Source of the DNA: an uncultured Ferrovum sp.
GTDB lineage: Bacteria > Pseudomonadota > Gammaproteobacteria > Burkholderiales > Ferrovaceae
Direction: 5' to 3'
DNA length: 64,000 bases
Assembly (NCBI GenBank): GCA_903905585.1
Contig: CAIVHB010000051.1
Coordinates: 8,856 to 72,855, forward strand
Part shown: in pieces, positions 1 through 8,597 of the stretch
Position numbering within the stretch: the stretch's first letter is position 1
Layout: the number at the start of each line of letters is the position of its first letter
The notes under the pieces: generated by a model
What the model saw: only the letters and a program-made list of their open reading frames with translations
What the model was told of the DNA's origin: nothing
The model's database searches: none
Translations under genes and position numbers: made by a program

Positions 1-661
1 GAAAGGCGGGGGGTACACGAAGCCCATGTACATGGAGCTCTTAGCTTTGATGTATGACATTTTAGCCAAAGTGCGTAAAGAGGGTTTGATGTCGATTGAG
101 AACGACGTCGAGAATCCGCACGATAGCCCGATTTTTTCTAAATACCCAAATGTTTCTAAAGACCATCACATCATTGAATTCATGACCGATTACTTGCGGC
201 TGATGGTGGGCGGAAACTTAAATGCTTTAGAAATCGAAAATTTGATGGAACTTGAGATTGAAACGCACCATCAGGAAGGACATCTGCCCGCAACCATCGT
301 TGCATCTGTGGGAGATGCGATGCCGGCATTCGGAATTGTTGCAGCGGTGATGGGGGTGGTACACACCATGGAATCCGTCGGTATTCCACCCGCTGAACTT
401 GGAATTTTGATTGCGCATGCGCTGGTGGGTACTTTCTTGGGTATTTTGCTGGCTTATGGCTTCGTGGGCCCATTGGCTTCTAAGCTTACCCAGAATCTAG
501 AAGCCACCACCAAAGTTTTCCAGTGCGTTAAAACGACGCTTCTGGCGAGTTTGAATGGCTATGCCCCAGCTGTGTCAGTGGAATTTGGTCGCAAAGTACT
601 CTATAGCACCGAGCGTCCGACCTTTGCTGAGCTGGAAGAACACGTTAAAGGGCCGCGCTAA
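1..661 (+). CDS. motA: Flagellar stator protein MotA, C-terminal part (5' end lies outside the window)
   Basis: The reading frame is open from the window edge (KGGGYTKPMYMELLALMYDIL...). It matches the conserved MotA core and the C-terminal TM3/TM4 plug region (PAFGIVAAVMGVV, LVGTFLGILLAY). motB follows 3 nt later. Confidence 0.92.
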   Translation, partial: KGGGYTKPMYMELLALMYDILAKVRKEGLMSIENDVENPHDSPIFSKYPNVSKDHHIIEFMTDYLRLMVGGNLNALEIENLMELEIETHHQEGHLPATIVASVGDAMPAFGIVAAVMGVVHTMESVGIPPAELGILIAHALVGTFLGILLAYGFVGPLASKLTQNLEATTKVFQCVKTTLLASLNGYAPAVSVEFGRKVLYSTERPTFAELEEHVKGPR

Positions 662-664
662 CCA

Positions 665-1681
665 ATGGCCGCCGCACCGGGCAAAGGCGGAGAAGCCGCT
701 CGGCCAATTATTGTTAAAAAAATTAAGAAGGGCGGTCATGGTCACCATGGCGGCGCTTGGAAGATTGCCTATGCCGACTTCGTGACGGCCATGATGGCGT
801 TTTTTTTGTTGATGTGGTTGCTGGGGTCTACATCAAAAGGTGATTTGAATGGCATTGCTGAATACTTTAAAACGCCTATGCAGGTTGCCATGCAAGGTGG
901 CAGTGGCTCAGGGGATTCTTCTAGCGTGATCCCGGGTGGGGGGCAGGATCTGACCCGAAAATCAGGGCAGGTGAAGCGAGGAGAAACCGAAGCTCCGCGC
1001 AAAAGTTATACCATCAAACAAGCTGAGGCAGCGATCGAAAAAGAGGAGCGTACCAAACTGGTCTCCCTCAAAGAAAAAATAGAAGATCAGATTAATGCGG
1101 ATGTCAAAATGACTGATTATAAAAATCAGATCAAGTTAGACATCACCACTGAGGGATTACGCATACAGATTGTTGATGATAAGAATCGCCCCATGTTTGA
1201 TTTGGCGAGTTCAAGACTGCAACCCTATACCAAGAATATTTTGGCGGTGATTACCAAAAGTCTTAATGATGTGAGCAACAATATTAGTATCGCCGGGCAT
1301 ACGGATGCGCACGCTTATGCAGGAGGCGAAAAGGGTTATAGCAACTGGGATTTATCGGCGGATCGCGCCAATGCAGCGAGAAGATCTATGATTGAGTCGG
1401 GCTTGCAAGACAGTAAAATATTACGTGTTGTGGGTTTAGGTGCGTCGTCCATGTTTAACGAACAAGATCCTCTTGACCCCATGAACCGACGAATCAGCAT
1501 TGTTGTAGTCAATAAAAAAACAGAGAATTCAATTCGTCATCAAGCCCCTACCCTTGTTGAGGATGCCGAACAAGCCAAAGAAGTGATCAAAGGTATTAAC
1601 CCGCCTAATATCGCGCCTGGAGGGGTAGATGATGTAAAAGCAGTATCACCCCCTAAGCCAAAGGTGACCAATGCACGGTAA
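665..1681 (+). CDS. motB: Flagellar stator protein MotB (OmpA-like peptidoglycan-binding C-terminal domain)
   Basis: The N-terminus has the MotB TM helix with the proton-channel Asp (WKIAYADFVTAMMAFFLLMWLL). The C-terminus has OmpA-like motifs (GHTD, NWDLSADRANAARR, NRRISIVV). Confidence 0.93.
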   Translation: MAAAPGKGGEAARPIIVKKIKKGGHGHHGGAWKIAYADFVTAMMAFFLLMWLLGSTSKGDLNGIAEYFKTPMQVAMQGGSGSGDSSSVIPGGGQDLTRKSGQVKRGETEAPRKSYTIKQAEAAIEKEERTKLVSLKEKIEDQINADVKMTDYKNQIKLDITTEGLRIQIVDDKNRPMFDLASSRLQPYTKNILAVITKSLNDVSNNISIAGHTDAHAYAGGEKGYSNWDLSADRANAARRSMIESGLQDSKILRVVGLGASSMFNEQDPLDPMNRRISIVVVNKKTENSIRHQAPTLVEDAEQAKEVIKGINPPNIAPGGVDDVKAVSPPKPKVTNAR

Positions 1682-1941
1682 CAAAATTTATTATTAGTCT
1701 TTCAAGATTTAGGTTGTAATATTTGTTTGGTTAAATCTTAATATTTGCTTGGTGGATGATGCATCCAACGACCAAACATGAAATGAATGAAGTTTAGGCC
1801 TCGAAATACAGGGGTGTATCATGTTAGAACACTACATAGTTATTAGGCTTGCCTGTTATGCTTAACGTAGTATTTCAATGAGTAATACCTGCTAATTGAA
1901 TGTCATAGGGGTTCACCCCTCATCAGCACTGGGAATAATGC

Positions 1942-2898
1942 ATGTCTGAACTGCTAAAGAGCATCGATGCCCGTACCCGACTCGCCGGGACGAATAAGCT
2001 TGAAATTTTGCTTTTTACCCTTGGGCTGGATCAACGAACGGGCCGCCGTGAAACTTTTGGTATTAATGTTTTCAAGGTTCGCGAAGTCATGCGCACCCCG
2101 GAAATCACGCGTGCGCCTGATATGCCTCCCGGTATTGAAGGTATGGTGAGTTTGCGCTCTCAGTTGACCGCGGTGATTGATTTAGCAAAGTTCGCTCGAG
2201 TTCAGACCGCCACGCCTCCGGAGATTATGATTGTCACGGAGTACAACGGACATTCCCAAGGTTTTTTAGTCGAAGCCGTTGACACCATTCTTCGACTGGA
2301 TTGGGCCATGATGAAAGTCCCTCCAGACATGATGAGTGCGGAGATGGGGGGGATGGTCACCGCAGTGACAGAACTAGAAGATGGTCGCATTGTAATGATG
2401 TTAGATGTCGAAAAAATTCTTTCTGAGACGATGCATTCAGATCACGAGATTATTTTTCGTAACATCAGAGCCATCAATCATGAGTCTGAGCGAACGGTAT
2501 TTTTTGCTGATGACTCTAGTGTGGCCAGAAAGCAAATGGAGCGCACGCTTGATGCAATGCATGTGAAGCATTTGTCCGCGATCAATGGAAAAAAAGCATG
2601 GGAAGAACTCAAGCGTGTTGCTGAGTACGCCGATGCGCAAAATATTACCGTCAGTGAACTCATTCAGCTCATCATCACTGATGTCGAAATGCCAGAAATG
2701 GATGGATATACACTGACCAAACTCATTAAGAGCGATGCACGATTTGCTCATATTCCAGTCCTCATGCATTCCTCATTGTCGGGTGACTCTAACGACAAAC
2801 ATGGAAAAGATAATGGAGTGGATGAGTACATCTATAAATTCGAGCCACAACGCCTTGCAGAAGTCGTTACGCGCTTTTTGGTTGGAGGTTCTAACTAA
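1942..2898 (+). CDS. cheV: Chemotaxis coupling protein CheV (CheW-like domain plus receiver domain), copy 1
   Basis: The N-terminal CheW-like fold is present (LEILLFTLG...FGINVFKVREV). The C-terminal REC domain has DDS...ITDVEMPEMDG...HSSLS. Confidence 0.9.
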   Translation: MSELLKSIDARTRLAGTNKLEILLFTLGLDQRTGRRETFGINVFKVREVMRTPEITRAPDMPPGIEGMVSLRSQLTAVIDLAKFARVQTATPPEIMIVTEYNGHSQGFLVEAVDTILRLDWAMMKVPPDMMSAEMGGMVTAVTELEDGRIVMMLDVEKILSETMHSDHEIIFRNIRAINHESERTVFFADDSSVARKQMERTLDAMHVKHLSAINGKKAWEELKRVAEYADAQNITVSELIQLIITDVEMPEMDGYTLTKLIKSDARFAHIPVLMHSSLSGDSNDKHGKDNGVDEYIYKFEPQRLAEVVTRFLVGGSN

Positions 2899-3854
2899 TG
2901 GCTTCTACCGCATCCTTTGAAATTCCATCCTCAGGGAATTTGCTTGAATCCGTTGATGCAAGAACAAAACTTGCTGGTTCTAATAAGCTTGAGATACTTC
3001 TGTTTTCATTAGGCACTTCCGAGATATTTGGTATTAATGTCTTTAAGGTGAGAGAAGTTTCTAAAACCCCTTTCATTACTAAAACACCCAATATGCCTTT
3101 TGGCATGGAAGGCGTCATTTCTTTACGTGGAAAAATTGTTCCTGTTGTGAATCTGGGCAGCATTGTGAAATTGCGCTCTGAAGCTGAATCTGCAGGCGCT
3201 TCAATGTTAGTCATGGAATATAACCGCAGAGTATTGGGCTTCTTGGTTGATCAAGTCGATCGAATTATTCGTGTCGAATGGTCTGATGTGAAACCCCCTG
3301 AATCTTTGTTGACCGGTGATCATGGGATGATCACGGCGATTACCCATCTTGAGGGCGGTAAGCTCGTGTCTATTCTAGATGTGGAAGAAATCCTGGTGAA
3401 TACTTTTGGTGAAGAGCACAAGCCAGAACTAGAACCCATGGATTCTGCTGAGAACTGCACAGTATTCTTCGTTGACGATTCTAATGTTGCACGACGTCGT
3501 ATCATTGAAGTGTTAGAAAAAATTGGCGTGAAGCACAAACAAGCTACGAATGGCTTAGAGGCCTGGGAGCGCTTGCAAGGTGAGGCTGCTTTTGCAGAAC
3601 AGCATGGTATGCCATTATCAGATCAAATCAGATTGATCATGGTCGATGCTGAAATGCCTGAAATGGATGGTTATGTGTTAACCCGAAATATTAAAAGTGA
3701 TCGGCGCTTTCAAGGTATTCCCGTTGTGATGCACTCCTCTCTCTCCTCCGAAGCAAACCGCACTATGGGGCAGAGTGTCGGGGCAGATGCGTACGTGGCA
3801 AAATTCGATCCACAAATCCTTGCAGAGACTCTGCGTCCCTTACTGTCGCGATAA
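2898..3854 (+). CDS. cheV: Chemotaxis coupling protein CheV, copy 2 (tandem paralog)
   Basis: It has the same 318-aa length and architecture as copy 1 (LEILLFSLG...FGINVFKVREV; VDAEMPEMDG...HSSLS). Its start codon overlaps the copy 1 stop by 1 nt (TAATG). Confidence 0.9.
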   Translation: MASTASFEIPSSGNLLESVDARTKLAGSNKLEILLFSLGTSEIFGINVFKVREVSKTPFITKTPNMPFGMEGVISLRGKIVPVVNLGSIVKLRSEAESAGASMLVMEYNRRVLGFLVDQVDRIIRVEWSDVKPPESLLTGDHGMITAITHLEGGKLVSILDVEEILVNTFGEEHKPELEPMDSAENCTVFFVDDSNVARRRIIEVLEKIGVKHKQATNGLEAWERLQGEAAFAEQHGMPLSDQIRLIMVDAEMPEMDGYVLTRNIKSDRRFQGIPVVMHSSLSSEANRTMGQSVGADAYVAKFDPQILAETLRPLLSR

Positions 3855-3879
3855 ATGATTGCAAATCTTGGAGTGTTGA

Positions 3880-4269
3880 ATGGCTGACCCAAACATGCGT
3901 TTTTTAGTCGTTGATGATTTTTCAACGATGCGCAGAATTGTGAGAAACCTTCTCAAAGAGCTAGGCTTCAATAATGTTGAAGAAGCTGAAGATGGGGCAG
4001 TAGCGCTCACTAAGTTGCGTGCAGGTCGCTATGATTTTGTGGTTGCAGATTGGAATATGCCTAATATGGATGGGCTCACCATGTTGCAAACTATACGTTC
4101 TGACGATAGTTTGAAGCATTTGCCAGTTTTAATGGTTACCGCAGAGGCAAAAAAAGAAAACATCATTGCTGCTGCCCAGGCGGGTGCAAGTGGTTATGTT
4201 GTTAAACCTTTCACGGCTGCTGTGCTGGATGAGAAACTCGGTAAAATTTTCGCCAAAATGGCGAGCTAA
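3880..4269 (+). CDS. cheY: Chemotaxis response regulator CheY
   Basis: A 129-aa single REC domain ([14 protein letters not shown]...[12 protein letters not shown]...[11 protein letters not shown]...GYVVKPF). A GGAG Shine-Dalgarno sequence lies upstream. Confidence 0.95.
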   Translation: MADPNMRFLVVDDFSTMRRIVRNLLKELGFNNVEEAEDGAVALTKLRAGRYDFVVADWNMPNMDGLTMLQTIRSDDSLKHLPVLMVTAEAKKENIIAAAQAGASGYVVKPFTAAVLDEKLGKIFAKMAS

Positions 4270-4298
4270 TAACCTAATAAGTTAGGAATCTTGAATTT

Positions 4299-5087
4299 AT
4301 GAGTACTGCTGCAGAACGCGATTCCGATGAGCTAGAGGCTCTGTTTGATAGCATCTCTTCAGCTGTTGCCCCAGCTGCTCCCACCGTTGCAAAAACTGAC
4401 GCTGCACCTGCCGTCAATGCCGCGGTGAGTGATGGTGACGAGGAAGTCGTGTTTCCCGATCAAGCAATAAGCAGCACAGAAGACATCGTTCAACGCTTGG
4501 GTCAAATGACCAGAGCATTGCATGACAACCTGCATGCATTGGGGTATCACTCCAAAATTGAGGAAGCTGCCAAGGCGATTCCAGACACCCGTGAACGTCT
4601 CGATTATGTTGCGAATTTAACGGGTCAAGCTGCAGACAAAGTGCTGACACTGACTGAGGCTTCAATCCCTGTTCAAAATAAAATTGCTACGGATGCTGCA
4701 TTTCTTTCTCAACGTTGGCAGGCTTTGGTTTCGAATCAGTTAACCGTTGAAGATTTCCAAATGTTAGTGCAGCAGACCCGTGATCACCTCAACATGTCCG
4801 CGGTGAAATCTGAAGAGACTGCACAAAATTTGCGTGACATTATGTTAGCCCAGGACTTTCATGATTTGACGGGTCAGGTCTTGCGTAAGGTGACTGACAT
4901 GGCACAATCTTTAGAGATCGAGCTCGTCACCTTGCTGGTGGATAGCGTAAGTCCAGAAGCCAGAGCAACGATAGACATGGATACGGGAGAAGGCTTAATG
5001 AATGGCCCCGTCACCAATACTAATCGCTCCGATATTGTCGCAAACCAGTCTCAGGTTGATGACCTGTTGGCCACGCTAGGATTCTAA
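4299..5087 (+). CDS. cheZ: CheY-P phosphatase CheZ (long, 262-aa form)
   Basis: The gene sits between cheY and cheA. The CheZ catalytic helix region is present (MLAQDFHDLTGQVLRKV), as is the C-terminal CheY-binding peptide (QVDDLLATLGF). Confidence 0.88.
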   Translation: MSTAAERDSDELEALFDSISSAVAPAAPTVAKTDAAPAVNAAVSDGDEEVVFPDQAISSTEDIVQRLGQMTRALHDNLHALGYHSKIEEAAKAIPDTRERLDYVANLTGQAADKVLTLTEASIPVQNKIATDAAFLSQRWQALVSNQLTVEDFQMLVQQTRDHLNMSAVKSEETAQNLRDIMLAQDFHDLTGQVLRKVTDMAQSLEIELVTLLVDSVSPEARATIDMDTGEGLMNGPVTNTNRSDIVANQSQVDDLLATLGF

Positions 5088-5088
5088 A

Positions 5089-7152
5089 TTGAGTGATTTC
5101 GCCGGCAATGAAGAGCTATTACAAGACTTTCTCACGGAAGCCACCGAGCTACTTTCTGACGTCGATAATAAATTAGTTGATCTTGAAAGACGTCCCGCCG
5201 ATCGGGCCCTCTTGAATGATGTATTTCGTGGTTTTCATACCATTAAAGGTGGTGCAGGGTTTCTTTCGGCCACAGCATTGGTTGAACTGTGTCACCGTAC
5301 TGAAAATCTTTTCGACAAGCTTCGCGTCGGAGAACTCACCTTATCTCCAGAGCTGATGGACATCATCATGGCGGCTACCGGTCAGGTCCGCTATATGTTT
5401 GGTGCTTTAGGTCGTTCAGTGCAGCCAGATCCGGCAGAACCTGCTGTATTAGCTGCACTCGATGCGGTTCTTGCTGGAGAATCTGTCTCTGCTGCAGCTG
5501 CGCCTGCTGAGGCAAAAGCTCCCAGTCTTGCTGAGACTGCCCCTGCTACGGTTGCTGCTATCACGCCAAACAAACAAGCTTCACCAGAGGATCCTTCTAG
5601 ACCTATCCCCCAAAAAGAGGGTCAGCCTGATTGGGCTTATTTACATGGAGTGCTTACAGGAACGCCTCAAGCATCTGCTGCTTCGGTGCAGCCATCCGTT
5701 TCGAATGCACCCCCTGTCGCTGCCTCACCTGCGCAACTGTCCTCGCCTCCGCAACCTTCACCACCTGCCCGACCAGAAAAGTTGGAGCCACCCAAAATGG
5801 ATACTCAGTCATCGTCATCCGATACAGAACAAGCCAATGGTCGTGCACCAAAAGCTGAAAAACCCGCTGATGCGCCTGCGCGTCCGCGTCGTGAACCTTC
5901 AGCGTCGGCGCCCCCGGCTGCTCGTGAGACCACGGTTCGTGTCGATACAGAACGTTTAGACCATGTATTGACCCTGTCGGGTGAAATTGGCTTGATCAAA
6001 AACCGCCTGACCCGCTTGCGTTCCGATTTATTAGGCGGAAGGACCGATGCAGATACCTTACGCGCTTTGGATGAAGCCGTAAGCCAACTTGATTTATTAG
6101 TTGGAAACTTGCAGAACGCGGTCATGAAGACGCGTATGCAACCGATTGGTCGCTTGTTTAATAAGTATCCCCGTTTGGCTAGAGACTTGGCGCGTCAATT
6201 GGGTAAAGAAGTCGACTTGGTTCTGATCGGCGAAGATACAGAAATTGATAAGACCATGCTGGAGGATCTGGGTGATCCTCTGGTGCACTTGGTCCGAAAT
6301 GCCGTTGACCATGGTATCGAGAAACCTTCAGAGCGTCGTTCGGTTTCAAAGCCAGATAAATGCTTGGTGCAGTTGTCTGCGCGCCAAGAAGGTGACCATG
6401 TGGTCATTGAAGTCACGGATGATGGACGCGGAATGCGCCCCGATGTGATTCGTAGCAAAGCCATTGAAAAAGGGGTGATTTCTGCAGAAGACGCCAATAC
6501 CTTAGATGCGCGCGGTTGCTTGAACCTGATTTTCCTGCCAGGGTTTTCAACCAAATCAGAAGTCTCTAGCGTTTCTGGACGTGGTGTAGGGATGGATGTC
6601 GTTAAAACCAATATTCAGAAATTGAATGGCAAGATTGACGTGCATTCCGAACCAGGCAAAGGCTCACGTTTCACGATTTCCTTGCCTCTGACTATGGCCA
6701 TTCTGCCTGTATTGGTCGTGCGTTTGGGGCAGCAGCCATTCGCCGTACCTTTAAGCCTGGTTCGTGAAATTTTGCCTATGATTCCTGGCGAATTACAACA
6801 GGTCACGGGCAAAGCAACGATGGTGGTGCGTGGAGAGGTACTGCCAGTGATTCCTTTATCCAATTTACTCGGTTGGGAGCACCAAGGCCCCAACTTGGGC
6901 GGGGTTTTACTCGAGTTCTCGGGCGTAAAATTTATTCTTGCGATCGATTCTTTTGCGGGTCGTGACGACGTGGTCATTAAATCACTCGAAGGCTTTAAGC
7001 CTCGTGGCGTAGCGGGTGTCACCCTTTCTAGTGAAGGCCAGGTGGTATTGATCCTTGATCTCAAAGAGTTGCTGGACGATACAGGCTGGACCAATGGTGG
7101 TATTGGTCAGCAACAAGCTCGCGACTGGCTCACTTCGATGGATGTAAATTAA
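5089..7152 (+). CDS. cheA: Chemotaxis histidine kinase CheA (P1-linker-P3-P4-P5; no recognisable P2)
   Basis: TTG start 7 nt after an AGGA. The Hpt domain carries FRGFHTIKGGAG. A ~160-aa Pro/Ala/Ser linker follows. HATPase motifs are present (HLVRNAVDHGIE, DDGRGM, GRGVGMDVV), then a C-terminal CheW-like P5. Confidence 0.93.
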   Translation: MSDFAGNEELLQDFLTEATELLSDVDNKLVDLERRPADRALLNDVFRGFHTIKGGAGFLSATALVELCHRTENLFDKLRVGELTLSPELMDIIMAATGQVRYMFGALGRSVQPDPAEPAVLAALDAVLAGESVSAAAAPAEAKAPSLAETAPATVAAITPNKQASPEDPSRPIPQKEGQPDWAYLHGVLTGTPQASAASVQPSVSNAPPVAASPAQLSSPPQPSPPARPEKLEPPKMDTQSSSSDTEQANGRAPKAEKPADAPARPRREPSASAPPAARETTVRVDTERLDHVLTLSGEIGLIKNRLTRLRSDLLGGRTDADTLRALDEAVSQLDLLVGNLQNAVMKTRMQPIGRLFNKYPRLARDLARQLGKEVDLVLIGEDTEIDKTMLEDLGDPLVHLVRNAVDHGIEKPSERRSVSKPDKCLVQLSARQEGDHVVIEVTDDGRGMRPDVIRSKAIEKGVISAEDANTLDARGCLNLIFLPGFSTKSEVSSVSGRGVGMDVVKTNIQKLNGKIDVHSEPGKGSRFTISLPLTMAILPVLVVRLGQQPFAVPLSLVREILPMIPGELQQVTGKATMVVRGEVLPVIPLSNLLGWEHQGPNLGGVLLEFSGVKFILAIDSFAGRDDVVIKSLEGFKPRGVAGVTLSSEGQVVLILDLKELLDDTGWTNGGIGQQQARDWLTSMDVN

Positions 7153-7180
7153 CCCTCCTTTTGTTTCATCAGAAAACCTT

Positions 7181-7206
7181 AAAACGGGCTTGCTGAGCCC
7201 GTTTTT
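7181..7206 (+). terminator. Rho-independent terminator after cheA
   Basis: AAAACGGGC-ttgctga-GCCCGTTTTT gives a 9-bp stem followed by a T-run. It begins 29 nt after the cheA stop. Confidence 0.75.
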
Positions 7207-7346
7207 AACGCGCTGAATAAGCCCGTTTTTCACTTCTTCCTCTGACCTTTGTTTTTTGAGTTGGCACTTGATAATCGTTTCACGATGATCGTGTTAACCG
7301 AGCCATGGGGGGTCGGAGCCGTCATCGTGACGGAGTCTTGGCCACC

Positions 7347-8597
7347 ATGGCTGAAGAAAGTGATTTAGAAAAAACGGAATCGCCCTCACCGCGAAGACTA
7401 GAACAAGCGCGAGAAGAGGGACGTGCGCCACATTCGCGAGAGCTGGCATCGTTCTCGGTTTTATTTTCCGCAATTGTAGGCCTTGCCATCATTGGCGAAT
7501 CGCTGGCCTCTGCGATGCGCCGCGATCTAAAAGCTGGCCTGACCTTTGATCACAGCTTAGTGCTGCATCCAGAGTGGATGACTGAGCGCTTGGGTGAAAT
7601 GTCCATGTCTACGGTTGGCTCGCTCCTACCTTGGTTAGGCGGCATCTTCCTTTTCGGCAGTCTGATTCCCTTGACCATGTCCGGTTTTCTTTTTTCTACA
7701 AAAAATTTCATGCCCGATTTCTCGCGCCTTTCTCCTGCGCGTGGCTTGGGCAACATGATGTCAGTATCTGGTTTGGTGGAATTGGTTAAAGCCATTCTTA
7801 AAGCCGCATTGATTGGTGGTTTGGCCGCATGGTTTCTATGGAGCAGCGAGGGGACAACCCTAGGACTGGCCAATTTGGATGTTGGTCAGGGCGTGACAAC
7901 GGGGATTGATTTAATGCGTCGCTGTATGTACGTATTACTTGCTGGCTTAGCTGCGGTAGTGGCGATTGATGTGCCTTTTCAGCTTTGGCGTCATCACGAT
8001 AGTTTGAAAATGACGCGCGAAGAGTTAAAGCAAGAAGCCAAAGAAACAGATGGTGATCCCCATGTGAAGGCCCGTATTCGCCAACAGCAACGTGCCGCAG
8101 CGCGCCGTCGCATGATGAGCGAAGTGCCCAAAGCGGACTTTGTGGTCACTAACCCAACTCACTACGCCGTCGCATTAAAATATGATTCAACCATGCGCGC
8201 ACCTAAGGTGGTCGCTAAGGGCGGTGATCTGATTGCGCTCAATATTCGTGCACTAGCTGAGAAGCACAGCATTCCAATTCTTGAGCAACCGCCACTTGCC
8301 CGTTCACTTTACAAACATACTCAACTTGAGCAAGAAATACCTCCAGCATTGTATTCCGCTGTGGCAGAGGTACTTGCCTATATTTTCCAACTGCGTGCCT
8401 TTGAGAGTGGTAAAGGCGCCTATCCTAATCAACCCCGTACAGTTGATGTTCCTGTTGAATTAGCGGTGCCCGCCACCCCGGGTGTCATGGATGAAGACTC
8501 CGAGTCTTTGGATGCCTCTAGCACCAGCCTACAGACCCCGAGCGGTACCTTAGGTGCGATCTCTAGTATTCAAACAGGTGGGGTACTGAGCGTATGA
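7347..8597 (+). CDS. flhB: Flagellar export apparatus switch protein FlhB
   Basis: The canonical N-terminus MAEESDLEKTESPSPRRLEQAREEG begins at ATG 7347 (the tracked ORF starts earlier, at 7305). The NPTH autocleavage site is present (VVTNPTHYAVALKYD). There is a ~60-aa acidic/Ser-rich C-terminal tail. Confidence 0.92.
   Translation: MAEESDLEKTESPSPRRLEQAREEGRAPHSRELASFSVLFSAIVGLAIIGESLASAMRRDLKAGLTFDHSLVLHPEWMTERLGEMSMSTVGSLLPWLGGIFLFGSLIPLTMSGFLFSTKNFMPDFSRLSPARGLGNMMSVSGLVELVKAILKAALIGGLAAWFLWSSEGTTLGLANLDVGQGVTTGIDLMRRCMYVLLAGLAAVVAIDVPFQLWRHHDSLKMTREELKQEAKETDGDPHVKARIRQQQRAAARRRMMSEVPKADFVVTNPTHYAVALKYDSTMRAPKVVAKGGDLIALNIRALAEKHSIPILEQPPLARSLYKHTQLEQEIPPALYSAVAEVLAYIFQLRAFESGKGAYPNQPRTVDVPVELAVPATPGVMDEDSESLDASSTSLQTPSGTLGAISSIQTGGVLSV

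Noticed and set aside
1682-1941. The 260-bp AT-rich gap between motB and cheV, checked for a sigma-28 promoter, a tRNA or sRNA, and small ORFs
   Set aside because: The best sigma-28-like alignment (TACATAGT-N11-CCTGTTAT) matches only about half of each element. The hairpins are short (GATGCATC palindrome; AGGGG-ttca-CCCCT at ~1908-1921) and lack T-runs. There is no tRNA-like cloverleaf, and the only ORFs are under 15 codons. Function is left unassigned.
5462-5959. A 165-aa plus-strand ORF in an alternative frame across the cheA linker
   Set aside because: It is produced by the repetitive Pro/Ala/Ser-coding composition of the CheA linker. Its translation is Leu/Arg/Pro-rich nonsense, and it has no independent start context.
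6195-7094. Long minus-strand ORFs (138 aa and 159 aa) inside cheA. Similar antisense or alternate-frame ORFs occur inside flgE (17970-18440), fliC (42992-43432), fliF (38026-38508), FlhA (8953-9811) and the cphA genes.
   Set aside because: Each lies entirely within a strongly conserved, motif-bearing gene on the other strand. Their translations are low-complexity (Ser/Pro/Arg/Thr-rich), with no recognisable motif and no Shine-Dalgarno sequence. They are typical shadow ORFs.
7262-7277. TTGGCAC upstream of flhB, considered as a possible sigma-54 (-24) element
   Set aside because: The -12 element is missing. TGGCAC is followed by TTGAT-AATCG instead of N5-TTGC(A/T). No other TGGCAC-N5-TTGC match was seen in the flagellar intergenic regions.
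7305-7346. N-terminal extensions in the tracked ORFs for flhB (7305), flgD (16538), fliQ (to 28353), fliP (to 29161), fliS (to 41662), fliT (to 41198), the sensor kinase (to 48360) and fliH (TTG 35661)
   Set aside because: In each case the conserved family N-terminus begins at an internal ATG that has a better Shine-Dalgarno sequence. The extension would also overlap the upstream gene or add non-conserved residues. Shorter starts were used, and these remain predictions.
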